A DNA stretch of 64,000 nucleotides, from contig NIVC01001897.1 of NCBI GenBank assembly GCA_002269645.1, forward strand, positions 175,979-239,978. Reading direction: 5' to 3'. Position 1 is the stretch's first letter; every line of letters begins with the position of its first letter. Shown here piece by piece: positions 22,626 through 36,179 of the stretch. The notes beneath the pieces were generated by a model that saw only the letters and a program-made list of their open reading frames with translations, was not told the DNA's origin and searched no databases. Position numbers and translations under genes: made by a program. This DNA is from Macrostomum lignano. Taxonomy: Eukaryota.

Positions 22626-22955
22626 TGGGATCGGGGATCTGGGATCTGGGATCTGGGATCTGGGATCTGGGATCTGGGATCTGGGATCTGGGATCTGGGA
22701 TCTGGGATCTGGGATCTGGGATCTGGGATCTGGGATCTGGGATCTGGGATCTGGGATCTGGGATCTGGGATCGCGGATCTGGGATTTGGGATCTGGGATT
22801 TGGGATCTGGGATCTGGGATCTGGGATCTGGGATCTGGGATCTGGGATCTGGGATCTGGGATCGCGGATCTGGGATCGGGGATCTGGGATCTGGGATCTG
22901 GGATCTGGGATCTGGGATCGGGGATCTGGGATCGAGGATCTGGGATCGGGGATCT
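22626..22955. repeat. (GGGATCT)n heptanucleotide repeat
   Basis: Directly visible. Confidence 0.96.
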
Positions 22956-23323
22956 ATGATCTGGCTAGTTCCTTTTCTAATACTTTCGATTATTCCGACC
23001 TCACACTTCATTCCTCTTTCAAGGTCCCATCTATTCTCCTCAGAAGACGCTGCTCCTAAAAATCTTATAGACCAAAACCAGCTGATTGGCAGGCGGGCAG
23101 AGCGCGCCGCCCAACCTATCAGAAGTTGATGGGAAATAAGGAGAACAAGTAAGTGTCTGATGAACTTGCATTTAAGAGTCACATCCATTCTGCCCAAAAG
23201 TTGCTTTCAGTTACTCCTACGCTGACTTGTTTGAAACTAAGACCATGACGACGCACAAACTTATTTGTTTATTCATGGTCGCCTTCGCACTGTTTGAAGC
23301 TGCCCCAGCTCAGTGAGAGACTG

Positions 23324-23720
<397 letters not shown>

Positions 23721-23775
23721 TAACTACCTTTCAGTGGTCTTGGCATCAGGCGCTCGCCCAACGATCACTACGCGG

Positions 23776-24993
23776 ATGAATACTCTAAGAATTTCGAAGT
23801 CGAGTTCGAGTGAGATATTTCGCATCGTTTTCACCTTAACGATTTCCGTCTTTTCTGTCCTTTGTTCAAAGACTTCTCAAGTAGAAGGACGTTACACTCC
23901 AGTTATCGTGTAAATTTTTTTGGCGGCCGATTGTTTAAAGTGCTGTAACTTTTGACGTATTGCATGTTCTTGCCTCTTTTATTTCTGATTAGCTTGCGAG
24001 TGCCAATTTTTGTGAATTCGAACTGCCGAGGTATAGCATCCACACGATTTTCACTCACGGACTACTAGTGGTCCTTGTTTTCACTTTGCTTAAAAATTTC
24101 GCAAATCGGATCCCCAGACTCCAGTGTCGGATTTCGCCCCGAAAAGCTGCTTACAGTCACGCGACAGCCTTGCCTGAACTGTCCTCTACTCCTGGAAGCA
24201 GAGTTCTAAGCAAACTATAGTAGCACTGGGAAGTGATTCAGATTTGGTCAAAATCTGGGCCTCCAGGACACGCGGCTCTCGGTGGTCGCATCCTACGCTT
24301 GAATTATTGAGCATTCGTTGCTTGAAATTCAAGTCACGGTCTTCATCCAAGAAAGTATTTGAACAACTTGCTGAAACCACAGAAATTGTCTTAGCATTTG
24401 TGCCACAACATTAAGAAGTACATTTGCTACTTAGTGAAGGATCTGGGATCGGGGATCTGGGATCGGGGATCTGGGATCGGGGATCTGGGATCGGGGATCT
24501 GGGATCGGGGATCTGGGATCGGGGATCTGGGATCGGGGATCTGGGATCGGGGATCTGGGATCGGGGATCTGGGATCGGGGATCTGGGATCGGGGATCTGG
24601 GATCTGGGATCTGGGATCGGGGATCTGGGATCGGGGATCTGGGATCGGGGATCTGGGATCGGGGATCTGGGATCGGGGATCTGGGATCGGGGATCTGGGA
24701 TCGGGGATCTGGGATCGGGGATCTGGGATCTGGGATCTGGGATCGGGGATCTGGGATCGGGAGTTGCATTTAATTCGCCAACAAATGATTTAATCAGGCG
24801 CCCAGGCAGCCACAGCGTATTGAAGCGGTACTGCGGATTTCTCGACCTCGGCGGTCACTGCGACGCGATGCACGGCGCCGAGCTGCTGGACCAGATCCTG
24901 CACCTTAGCCGACCCGGCGGACCGGGAAAGCGAAGGAAGCGCACTGCTGAGCGTCGACCTCTACCTGGTATAATTCTGGCGATGGATGACTGA
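23776..24993 (+). CDS. Calcitonin-type neuropeptide precursor, proposed 2 coding exons (23776-23909, 24798-24993), about 109 aa
   Basis: Exon 2 encodes ...VLKR-YCGFLDLGGHCDAMHGAELLDQILHLSRPGGP-GKRRKR: dibasic site, N-terminal Cys-Cys ring, 32-aa peptide, C-terminal Pro plus Gly amide donor and basic site, with strong GC3 bias. Exon 1 has the hydrophobic core IFRIVFTLTISVFSVLC...VEG and a phase-2 GTAAAT donor matching the phase-2 TAATCAG acceptor. Exon 1 is less certain than exon 2. Confidence 0.72.
24439..24760. repeat. 14-bp (GGGATCGGGGATCT)n repeat (dimer of the GGGATCT unit) in the calcitonin-like gene intron
   Basis: Directly visible. Confidence 0.96.
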
Positions 24994-25194
24994 CACAATT
25001 GCCTCTTGACAGGTTTTTATGTAGCTTCATGATTTTTTGGGCTCATGAATGGCGTGTCCACTATCTGTTGGCGAGATTAATTTAATCAATACAGATTGAC
25101 GAACTTCTGAGGACTACAAATAGTCACTGCCTTGTTGGTGGTGAATTGCAGGCTTGTTAAATTTTATACACTTTCATGATTTTTTATGATTACA

Positions 25195-26405
25195 TATCTC
25201 TCCTCTACTCTCCCTGTCTCTCTGTCTCCTCTCAGTGTCTCTTCCTCTCCTCTCCGTGTCTCTCTCTCCTCTCTGTGTCTCTCCCTCTCCTCTCTGTGTC
25301 TCTCTCTCTCCTCTCCGTGTCTCTCCCTCTCCTCTCGGTGTCTCTCCCTCTCCTCTCAGTGTCTCTTCCTCTCCTCTCGGTGTCTCTCCCTCTCCTCTCG
25401 GTGTCTCTCCCTCTCCTCTCAGTGTCTCTCTCTCCTCTCAGTGTCTCTCCCTCTCCTTTCCGTGTCTCTCCCTCTCCTCTCAGTGTCTCTTCCTCTCCTC
25501 TCGGTGTCTCTCCCTCTCCTCTCAGTGTCTCTCCCTCTCCTCTCAGTGTCTCTCTCTCCTCTCGGTGTCTCTCCCTCTCCTCTCAGTGTCTCTCCCTCTC
25601 CTTTCCGTGTCTCTCCCTCTCCTCTCAGTGTCTCTCCCTCTCCTCTCAGTGTCTCTCCCTCTCCTCTCAGTGTCTCTCCCTCTCCTCTCAGTGTCTCTCC
25701 CTCTCCTCTCAGTGTCTCTCCCTCTCCTCTCAGTGTCTCTCCCTCTCCTCTCAGTGTCTCTTCCTCTCCTCTCAGTGTCTCTCCCTCTCCTTTCCGTGTC
25801 TCTCCCTCTCCTCTCCGTGTCTCTCTCTCCTCTCAGTGTCTCTCCCTCTCCTCTCAGTGTCTCTCCCTCTCCTCTCAGTGTCTCTCCCTCTCCTCTCCGT
25901 GTCTCTCCCTCTCCTCTCAGTGTCTCTCCCTCTCCTCTCAGTGTCTCTCTCTCCTCTCAGTGTCTCTCCCTCTCCTTTCCGTGTCTCTCCCTCTCCTCTC
26001 AGTGTCTCTCCCTCTCCTCTCAGTGTCTCTCCCTCTCCTCTCCGTGTCTCTCCCTCTCCTCTCAGTGTCTCTCCCTCTCCTCTCAGCGTCTCTTCCTCTC
26101 CTCTCAGTGTCTCTCCCTCTCCTTTCCGTGTCTCTCTCTCTCCTCTCCGTGTCTCTCTCTCCTCTCAGTGTCTCTCCCTCTCCTTTCCGTGTCTCTCTCT
26201 CTCCTCTCAGTGTCTCTCCCTCTCCTCTCCGTGTCTCTCTCTCTCCTCTCCGTGTCTCTCTCTCTCCTCTCAGTGTCTCTCTCTCTCCTCTCCGTGTCTC
26301 TCTCTCCTCTCGTTGTCTCTCCCTCTCCTCTCCGTGTCTCTCCCTCTCCTCTCCGTGTCTCTCCCTCTCCTCTCAGTGTCTCTCCCTCTCCTCTGCGTGT
26401 CTCCC
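25195..26405. repeat. 21-bp pyrimidine-rich minisatellite (TCCTCTCAGTGTCTCTCCCTC)n
   Basis: Period of 21 bp measured between 25621 and 25642. Confidence 0.95.
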
Positions 26406-26878
26406 CCTCCGGAAAATTAAAAGAATCCAACTAGCCTGTGGCTAATTCCACTATTATCTAATGCTCGTAATCTGAAGGGATACATTACGGTAGACTAGGA
26501 TGCAATTAGAGGGACTCTCGCTACTGTGGTTCGATATTAAAATCAGTGAAATCCTTGATGTGATTTTCGTCTGTCTGTAGTAGCGATCTACCTTAAAGTC
26601 AGCAGTATCTAACTCTGAGAGATAAAATAAGACTTAAAACCCCTGGCAGAAGCAATTAGGGAAGCAATCAGTTCTGCGCCAACCCCTCTATGGCAGGAAG
26701 TGACTCGCCTTAGTGCATCTCCTTGAGTCCATCTTACAAGCCTCAAGCTATCTTCTGTTTGCTTTGGCTACAGTATCTTTAAGATCAGACCTCAACTAAA
26801 TGTACAGTCTTGCACTAGACGGTTCAATGGTCAGTCGGGAGAGCTGCTGAAGCGCTACATACTACTGTCATCCGCGCG

Positions 26879-27170
26879 ATGCCATGGTTGCACAAGTCGA
26901 AGAAATCCAGCAAAGCCGGCAGTTTCGGCGACTGTCCCGCAGCGGGCAAGAGCGGCAAAGTGCCGCAGGCGGCGTCGCCTCAGCAGCAGCTTCATCAGCC
27001 AGCTGCTTCTCACGATGAGCTCCAGGCAGCGCTGCACAGCGTGCTGGAGGCGCTGCGGAACCTCACCGAGAAGCAACGGCAGGGGCCGCCAGCGTCGCCA
27101 CCTCAGCATCAGCCAGAAGCTCCTCAGCGTCGCCACAGGAGCTCCCAGGAGAAGAAGCTCGCAGATGAAA

Positions 27171-27201
<31 letters not shown>

Positions 27202-28932
27202 GCCGGAGCCCCCGCCAATTTCTGGCGAGACATTTCGCAACCTGCAGAACTACTTCAGCCGCATCAGCAGCCGAGGCCGGAGCTCCACCGAGGCTGCCGT
27301 CGCCGTCTCCATTGAGGAGAGCGGCACGACCTTCGGCACCGACCAGCTCGACCCGCCCAGCTCCGCCAGCCGGTTGCGCCGCCGGAACTTCCGCCCGACG
27401 CGTCGGCAGCTGCTGCCACCGGAGGCCGACATCGTCAGCGGCCTCACCAGCGAGGACCTGCAGGCGTCGGACGCCAGTGGCGATGGCGACAAGGACGAAA
27501 CCGCAGCCGATGACGCCACCGAGCGCCATGACGGCTCGCCAACGCGCCGATGCTTCCGGGGCGAGCTGGTCGAAGCTGACGTCACTCCGGAGCGAGCCAG
27601 GTCCATCAGGAGCCCGCAGCCGCCGACCCTGACAGCCCTCGGTTGCAGCGTTGTGACTCACTGCGGCTGCCCATCACAGCAGGCCGCAGCGATCCTGCTG
27701 ATCCGCCAGGAGCCTTCGGTCTGTCGGCCGCCAGCCAGAGCCCCGAACCAGCAGCTGCCGCAGTGCGATGAGCAGCACAGGTGCAGCACCAAGAGCCTGC
27801 TCATCCGGGATGCAGTGCCAGAGGCGCTGAAGCCTCCAACTGAGCCGAGCGTTGCTGAAGCTGCTGAGAAGTCGGCGGACTGCGGCGTTGCTCCCTGCAG
27901 TACAGCTTTGAACACCTGCGCTGACGGAGACTCAATTAGCAAGACCGGCACCAGCTGCTCGACTGATGCTGCTGGTGAGGATGGCGAGGCCGACAGCAGC
28001 GGGAGCGAAGGGGAAGAGGGAGGCATTGAAACTGAAACTGAGGCTGGCAGCGCAGTGAACGGAAACACCGGTGCCTGGACGGGCTGCCGTGAGGCTGGCA
28101 ATACAGTCGGTGCTAATGGAAACACCGGTGCCTGGACGGGCTGCCGTGAGGCTGGCAATACAGTCGGTGCCAACGGAAACACCGGTGGCTGGACGGGCTG
28201 CCGTGAGGCTGGCAATACAGTCGGTGCCAACGGAAACACCGGTGCCTGGATGGGCTGCCGTGAGGCTGGCAATACAGTCGGTGCCAACGGAAACAACGGT
28301 GCCTGGATGGGCTGCCGTGAGGCTGGCAGTGCAGTCGGTGCCAACGGAAACACCGGTGCCTGGACGGGCTGCCATGAGGCTGGCAATACAGTCGGTGCCA
28401 ACGGAAACACCGGTGCCTGGATGGGCTGCCGTGAGGCTGGCAGTGCAGTCGGTGCCAACGGAAACAACGGTGCCTGGATGGGCTGCCGCGCTGGCGGACC
28501 TCAGAACCCGCTGCAGGTGCACAGCGTGATCGAGTCAAAGCTCCTGGAGAGCGCCTGCGAGTCGTTTCCACCGACTGAGGCGGAGCTGGCGGCCCCGAGC
28601 AGCTCGAACGCGGTGGACTCGGAGCTGCCGCGATTCGGCAAAGTCGAGCTGCCGCCGGAGCCGCCCAGAACCGCTGAGCTGGGCTGCAACTCCAGCGGCA
28701 GCGCGAGCAGCGCCACGACGCTCGAGGTGCTGGACAACGGCAACGATGACTGCGACACCGAGGCTGGAGAGGGCGGCTCCTGCTGCACTTTCGACCCCGG
28801 CAAGAGCTCCGGGTTCGCTCAGCTGCTGCTCACCCTGGACCGAGCGCAGCGCCGTCTCGAAGGTCTGGCGCCGTCCGCTGTGCCGCCTCCGTCTGGAGAC
28901 TCGGCGGAGCCGCCCCTTGCGCCTGCGGCTTC

Positions 28933-28974
<42 letters not shown>

Positions 28975-29500
28975 TCTGTACAAGCAGCGCGCGTCGGTGC
29001 AGACGCTGAACCAGATGCTGCAGCGCTCGCCTTTCGTCTGCCGTGGGCGCGACAGATCGCCATCGACAGATGAAACCCAGCATCATCATCATCAGCAGCA
29101 GCAGCATCAGCAGCAGCAGCAGCAGCAGCATCAGCAGCAGCAGCATCAGCAGCAGCATCAGCAGCATCAGCAGCAGCAGCATCAGCAGCAGCAGCATCAG
29201 CAGCAGCATCAGCAGCATCAGCAGCAGCAGCAGCAGCAGCAGCATCATCAGCAGCAGCAACAGCCATGGCAACCCGTTCAACGACAGTCTCCAACTGCCT
29301 GGCAGCAGAGCTCCTGGACATTGCACCAGCAGTTGGCTTGTCAGCCACAGCTCAGCGACCTGAACCAGAGCAACCCGCAGTCAGACAAGCTCATCGTCAC
29401 TACAGCCGCGTCCCTGATGACGCTGACACAGAGTCTGCAGCGCTGTGTGCTCCAGATTGAAGCAGCCGTGAGCAGGCTGAATGGCAATAGCATCAGCTGA
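26879..29500 (+). CDS. Intronless 873-aa Gln/Ser/Ala-rich hypothetical protein with 8 x 19-aa repeats and poly-Q/H tracts
   Basis: Long uninterrupted GC-rich ORF with coding-like GC3 bias in AT-rich flanks; short amphipathic helices (ELQAALHSVLEALRNL, FAQLLLTLDRAQRRLE, LTQSLQRCVLQIEAAVSRL); no recognisable domain. Confidence 0.7.
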
Positions 29501-30334
29501 GTGAAGCTTACGGATATTCTCATCAAGGTAAACTCAACAGGTGACCCTGCCTGATATTGATGAGCTGTGATGAAACCTTGGCAACAGCCCATGCTTATTT
29601 TCCATAACCTCGCTTTTGAGGAAATTTTCATGTCAAGAAAGTCAAAACGCATGCAACTACTTACAAGTAGCCAATTGTTGCCACTCAACTGCAGTTATTT
29701 TTGCATTAATACAAAACTTATGCTTTTAAGATGTCGCGTATTCGCAATGCCAGACAACATCAGAGTGTACTCAGATTCAGTACAAGTAATATATTTGAAT
29801 TTGTGCGTTGGTACAGCCTCCATTTGTGTGCCTTGTTGGAAAGTAGAAACGTAAGTCTCATTTTTGAGCGAAGTGTTTCAAGAAATTTTACCCAGTCATC
29901 GTTTGACTGTATTAAATTTTAATTTATTTTAAACTTGCTTGACAATTAGTAGAAATCCTGGCCTTCCCATTGGAGAGGCAACACAGAAAGCCATAAACAG
30001 TTTCTAAAGTCCCAATGATTGCTACGTGTTTCTTAATTGTTAAAAGCAAACTTTCCGCGAAACTTCAATTACAAAAACTAACTTTATTGAATCCATGGCT
30101 ACGCGCCCCTGCCTTGGATATTTCGTCATTAATTTTGACATAAGTTCCGAATAGAAATGATACGAGAAAGACGCGTAACCAGCAACGAGTCGAATACGCT
30201 CAAGACCGACCGAAACATTCTACTTTAAAATTGACTTCAAGTGCTATACATGCATATTGCTCCATGTTGGCAAATAGTTATTGCAGAAGGTTTGAAAAAA
30301 ATAGCTCGGCTGACGAATTGCCCTGATCTGGACG

Positions 30335-33300
30335 TCAATCGCCCCCAACAGCGCCGTCCTGCTCCGACGAGCGCTCAAACTCTTCCAGGTTTCGTTCGAA
30401 GGCTTCGGCGCCGGGATCGGCCCCCGCTGCGAGGTCCGCCGCCGTCCTGCAGCTGTCGGTGTCCATCAGGGCGGCGATTGGCTTGTCGGTGACGTGCACA
30501 AAGTAGCGCAATCGTTTCGAGCGAATCCTACTGAACGCATTGTCGAAGCAGACTGTGTACTTCCTGCTGTCGGCTGACTGCGGACAGGCCACCGCGCCTG
30601 AGCAGGGGCAGATGCCGCAGTGGACTCTTCGGTAGCCGACCAGTGGCTCACTCTGCGTAGGGTGTGTAGAGTGAGCCTCTCTTTAACGGCACAGCTTCAT
30701 GTAGATAATTTGATCCTAAATTAATCCTTAATTAATCCTACATTCTTAACCTGCTCGATACTGCAACCCCAATATATCAAATCTTTAGTGCTTCTCTTAA
30801 AATATTGTATTATATTCTCGATGTTGCACACACTTACTCGATATTCCACTCCCTTGTTATATATTATAATTTGAAACCACAATGCCATAAATTAGTCCAA
30901 CCCACTATCTTTACACCCTCCATTCGTTACACCCTCAATGCTTTACACCTTCGATGCTTTACACCCTCGATGCTTTACACTCTCGATGCTTTACACCCTC
31001 GACGCTCTGCACCGTCGATGCATTACACTCTCGATTCGTTACACCCTCGATGCTTTGCACCCTCGATTCGTTACTCCCTCGATACGTTACACCCTCGATG
31101 CTTTGCACCCTCGATGCTTTGCACCCTCGATGCTTTGCACCCTCGATGCTTTGCACCCTCGATGCTTTGCACCCTCGATGCTTTGCACCCTCGATGCTTT
31201 GCACCCTCGATGCTTTGCACCCTCGATGCTTTGCACCGTCGATGCTTTGCACCCTCGATGCTTTGCACCCTCGATGCTTTATTTTGTCAATGTTTTACAA
31301 TTAACAAACCAATGTTTAAATCTTTGATACTGAGTGAGACACTACAATGACACTCTGGATCCCTTACACCAGATTGTATCTTAAAGACGCTTTGGTCACA
31401 CCAGACGACCCAAATTCTAAGCACTTAATGGTATTAGTAATTCATTCTCACCTCAGAATCGTCAGTGCTGACAATCTCGAATCCCAAATCTCCATCGTCG
31501 GTGAGAAAGTCCCATTCGATGCACCACTGGCCCGCTTGGGGAGCCGGTGGCACACTCAGTTCAACGCGGTGCGTAGATCTTCGTCCGATGCTCTGCGACA
31601 CCAGTCGTTCCGGATAATTCGGCTTCAAGTAGTAATGCTTGGGCACGTCGCCGCCCCAGCAGATCATTGAGGGACAGTGCGGATCTCCGTCAGGGTCAGT
31701 GCGATTGCCGCCGAAAATTTTTGGCAGCTCATCAGCGTCGATTGCATTGAGAAGGATCTGCAAATTTACACAGTTAACACGTAACACAGGTTTCTCATTT
31801 TCACTGACTTTCTCTTTGTCAGACACTGAACACATAGCGCACTGTACTCTGTCGACGAGAATTATCCAAGTCCCGGTCAAGTTTTGAATCGAAACCACAA
31901 CTTTATGTGACGTGTACCATTCAGTTTACTAAGTTTGAATAAATTTTAATGGCCTCACCTAAAATCTTAGCTACAGAGTTTGAACTAAACTTCTGGATAA
32001 TCTCCGTATCAACACCCAGGGCTCAAAAAGCAACGAAGTTACGAATATTTTTATTGACTAACTTTCTAAAAATATACCCTGTTCCCTTCACAGTCTTGAT
32101 ATATTTGCTTATACCTTGTACTGTTCATAGAATTAATTACAAATTAGATGTTATAACTATTTTACCTGTTTATAATTCCTTCCGAGCACTTTGATCTTCT
32201 TCTGCGTCTCGACGTGTAGCAGCGGTTTGAGCAGATTGAAGACGATTGGAAAAATCGCCGGCGCATTGACAATGTACGCAGTGCCGATTGTTTCCGGATA
32301 GTTCTGCTCGCAGATTTGCACGAACTCGGCATAGAATTCCAGGCCGGGGCCCCACAGGTGCCGCCGGCCGTAGTTGGTCAGGTCAATCACAAAAGTGCAA
32401 GAGTAGAGCGGCAGACCGGTCTTCCGACGCATCTCTGGCAGAATTTGACGCACGAATCGTTCGGTGATGTAAATACGACTGCGCAACAGATGCTCTCTGG
32501 TCACTGACCTGGCCAGGCCCTGCGGATCGATGAGGCCAGACGGCTCGTACCAAACTGGATGGCCCTCCTTGTCCACGCCGCAGAAGCCGCCGGCATAGTA
32601 GCGGGTGATCACCTCGGCCTCCTGAGCGGTTAATCGATGGGCGTTTCTTTAAATATTAAGACCTTCTAGTGGTTAATTGGTCGTTGGGGGGGGGGGCAAT
32701 AATGCCCATGCCCACGGACAAACTGCGTAGACACACGCTTACCGGATGTACGGTGGGAGCAATTAAGAATCTTTCGCAAAAGCTCGAAAATTTTACATTG
32801 TCGAAAAGTCTCGTCCAGTACTTTCCGCTACATGTACGTAGCTCACAGCTTAAACAAAGCTCCCCCAGGTGCACATCCTTAAACAACATCCAAGTGAACT
32901 TCTCTCCGGGTTGCAGCTTGTGTGGCTTCCATGCCTTACGGCGACAGCAGGGCCCAAGAATTGCAGCCGTCAGATTGGAGTGCCACGCCTCACGGTGACA
33001 AAAGGCGAGACATAACGACCCGGACATCAGGCATGAACACACCCCAAGCAAACGTCACACCCTCCAGGTATATAACAAAATTGCACATGTTCCTCTAGGA
33101 TCTCAATCTTACCTGGAAGCCTCCATTAGCCAGCAGGTCATCAGCCTTGTATTCTTTCCTCCAACGCAAATGATTTCGTACCATTTCTTCAGTCCGGACG
33201 CGGTCGAACTGTCTGGCCTTGAAAAATCTGTACAGATAAATGTCGTCATTAAAATCGTCTACCCAAACGTCGCGAAGATTCTGCTTCAAGGCGGCGAACG

Positions 33301-33397
33301 CTTCCACTTTGGCTGGGTCGGACATCTCTGAACGCACCCGTTTGGCAAAAGTGCTCTCGCCCTGGGGCATGACGAAGGCCTCCTGGTTGCAGGACAT
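30335..33397 (-). CDS. SEC14L2: SEC14-like lipid-binding protein (CRAL-TRIO + GOLD), 4 exons, about 454 aa
   Basis: Exons 33397-33113, 32621-32166, 31757-31452, 30652-30335, all phase 0 and GT-AG. Motifs: DDIYLYRFFKARQFD, YYAGGFCGVDKEGHPVWYE, NYPETIGTAYIVNAPAIFPIVFNLLKPLL, PKIFGGNRTDPDGDPHCPSMICWGGDVPKHYY, WDFLTDDGDLGF, YTVCFDNAFS. The exact SEC14L paralog cannot be assigned. Confidence 0.9.
30905..31280. repeat. 16-bp minisatellite (CCTCGATGCTTTGCAC)n in SEC14L intron 3
   Basis: Tandem units visible. Confidence 0.93.
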
Positions 33398-36179
33398 GGC
33401 TGTCTGTGCGAGGTTGCTTATTGAGAATGAAACGCTAGCACTACGAAATGAAACCGCTTGTGGCTATGAGCTGCCTTTATGTCTTTGCTAAAACACCCTC
33501 ATTTGAAAGCAGAGACACATTTTCAGCATAAGATAATGAGGGTTTTCACATTTGTAGCGTTGCCTCTGGAAGAGCGCAATTACTATCCAGCACTGCCACT
33601 ACCCCACTTGATAGGTTTGACCGCACCTGAGTACGCTGTCTGCGAGGCTGTGCGCAACTGCTCATGGACACAATTTCAAATAAACTAGCCTTGGGCTTAA
33701 GCCTTATCTTACTTAAGGCCAGTGTTAAAGAGTGATTGCTATGTGTAGCAATTCTTTCCCGAGATAAAACCAAAAAATAGGAGCACCATATGCAACTGTT
33801 GACTAAAATTTCAAAAGAACGATTTTAAGAACAATTGTGAACAATTGTAAAAGTTTTTCGCAGGCCGAATATACAAGTAGATGTACAATGTAAAATTTTA
33901 TGCTCTTACTTCCCAGCAAGATGCCCTATTAAATGTCAGGTATTTCTGCATAGGCATGTACATGAAACTGCCTATGGTGCAATCTAATCCATGCACTGTA
34001 AATGCATTGTATGGAGGTGAATAATCAAATCAGGAGCCTTGTAAATGACTGCATGGTCCCGCGTCGTTTACTATGAAACGCTAATAACATCAGCAGCTAG
34101 TTGTCTTTATAAAAAGAGAAGTATGTTCTACAGAAGATATAGGCTCTGAGCTTGTGGTTATAAATTGCGTTTTTATCGGTTGTTGCAGACGGATGAAGAC
34201 AAACTGGACAACAGCAGAATTTATGAGCTAATTAAGGGTTAGTTGAATTCAGACCGAGGAGGCATATTTTTGCCTGCTCTCAATTTGGTTCCTTTTATCC
34301 GGATAAGAATTTGTTAATCGTCGAACATGTACATGTAGCTCGTAATATCAGTCTGGACAGTCTGAGCAGGCTGGACGCACCGATATACATGTAGGCCTCT
34401 ATATCGAGGCCTTAAAACCTGGTCCTCTAAGCACGATTGGCTGGTTGGACTGGATGCGTGTTAATCTCCACTGTTGTTGCTCCCGAAGGTTTATACTCGT
34501 AATTTAAAGCGGCCCAAGAACAATGTTTAATATCTCGTGCCTGTATATTAAAAGGGACGTGAACTACTAGACAGTTAGACAAATATTAACCGCTTCAATA
34601 TGCTGGACAATTGAGAAATTTTCATGTTTTGCAAGTCAAGGACCACTGTCAAGGACCACCCAGTGGTCCAGTCAAGGACCACTGGGTCCAACACGGATAA
34701 AGACAACACTTGGGCCCAACACTTGCGTAAATATTTGTCAAAAAGACGGTTGAAGCGGGTCAATTTTGTTTAAAGTTAAAGACGATCGTTTTGAATGTCT
34801 GTCTGAATATCTGTCGTGAAACCCTCACATATATGAAGTTGGGTCTGATGAGTCGTTTAGGCCAGCTTATCATGCAAGCATAATGCATGCTTGTTTTTTT
34901 TAAATTAACTTAAGAAACTCGGCCAGAAGATTTAAGCAGACAGTACAGCTTTTAAGCGAATTAAAAACATATAGAATCTGTCGCAATCATATCGAAATTA
35001 TGGTTGTAATTTTGTTAAAACTCCTTATGTTGTTACAGACTCATTTAATGGTTTTTTGAACGGTCATATTTTCGACAAATCGGCGACATTCAAGACCATA
35101 CTTTGTTCACTTCCTGGTCTGAGATGTGATGTCAGATGGCAGCAGAATTTTTTTGGTTTTTTAAAAACAAAACAAAAAGCAGATTTGAATATTTAATCAA
35201 TGTTTTAGCTTGTCATAAAGTAGTTGATAATTTCGCTATTCTATCCCCTAGTGCCATTTATGTTGCGGGAATGTTGTACAAATGTTGACGCGCAACAAGT
35301 GGTAAACGTTGCTAGAAGCGACCGTTTGTCACGCAAAACAACGTTGCAGAATGGTTGACGCATCAACATTGCAAAATCAACATACATCAACATCTGTGCA
35401 ACATGTAGTCGTCGTGTCTACTATTAGTAGTATCTAATGTATGTGTATTATTCTATATACTACATATATTTCGTATCACTTTCATTCTATAATATACGAC
35501 GACTCTACTATTACACTTGCTTATGTCTTTCTTTCGCATGCCATGCATTAATTTTGGATTGTTGTTAAGGAACTTCTACCGGTAGTAACACTGACTACAT
35601 AGTAAAAAATCTGTAGCTTGCACACAGGTTCAAAAATCGAGACTCCTACATCTTGAAATAATACGAAAATACGGCCATGACTTAGCATTTGCTAAAAAGA
35701 ATAAGTAAAATAGCAAAAAACGTTTCGATTTAAAGGTCTGCGAAGATTAGCTAATGAGCACCATTAATTTTTTTTGTTTTATCGTAAACACATCAGATCA
35801 GACGGTTACCATTATAGTAGGTCAAGAAAGCAATAAAAATATTTACTACATTAGATGCGCATGATGTGTATCTTTGTGTGTGACTGCAAGCTGCAACCTG
35901 CAGTGTTTCTTTTAATGAATAAAAAAGTTAGCAGGAAAATAAGAGATTCGCAAAACTATTATTAATGGCAACTGCTATTTGCATGCTGGCAAAACAGACA
36001 TGTCGTTCAGAAAAGATGCAAAGATAACTAGAGATCTGATGGCGATGATTAAAAACAGCTATAGCCTCCAAAGAGATTCACCTAACCTAGAGCGAGTCTA
36101 TACTGATCTTTGTTCTTAGAACTTAAAACAACTAGTTTTATTAAGCCACCAATCCCGTGAAGTCTGAACTCCTATTTAC

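Noticed and set aside
24170-24416. Possible middle exon of the calcitonin-like precursor
   Set aside because: Every frame from the nearby TTACAG acceptor hits a stop before a good donor; direct splicing 23909 to 24798 is in phase
27015-29688. Antisense and alternative-frame ORFs over the 873-aa gene (and similar ones over other GC-rich exons)
   Set aside because: Shadow ORFs caused by high GC content and CAG repeats
30094-30111. ATGGCTACGCGCCCCTG resembling the hAT MITE right TIR
   Set aside because: No matching left TIR or TSD found nearby
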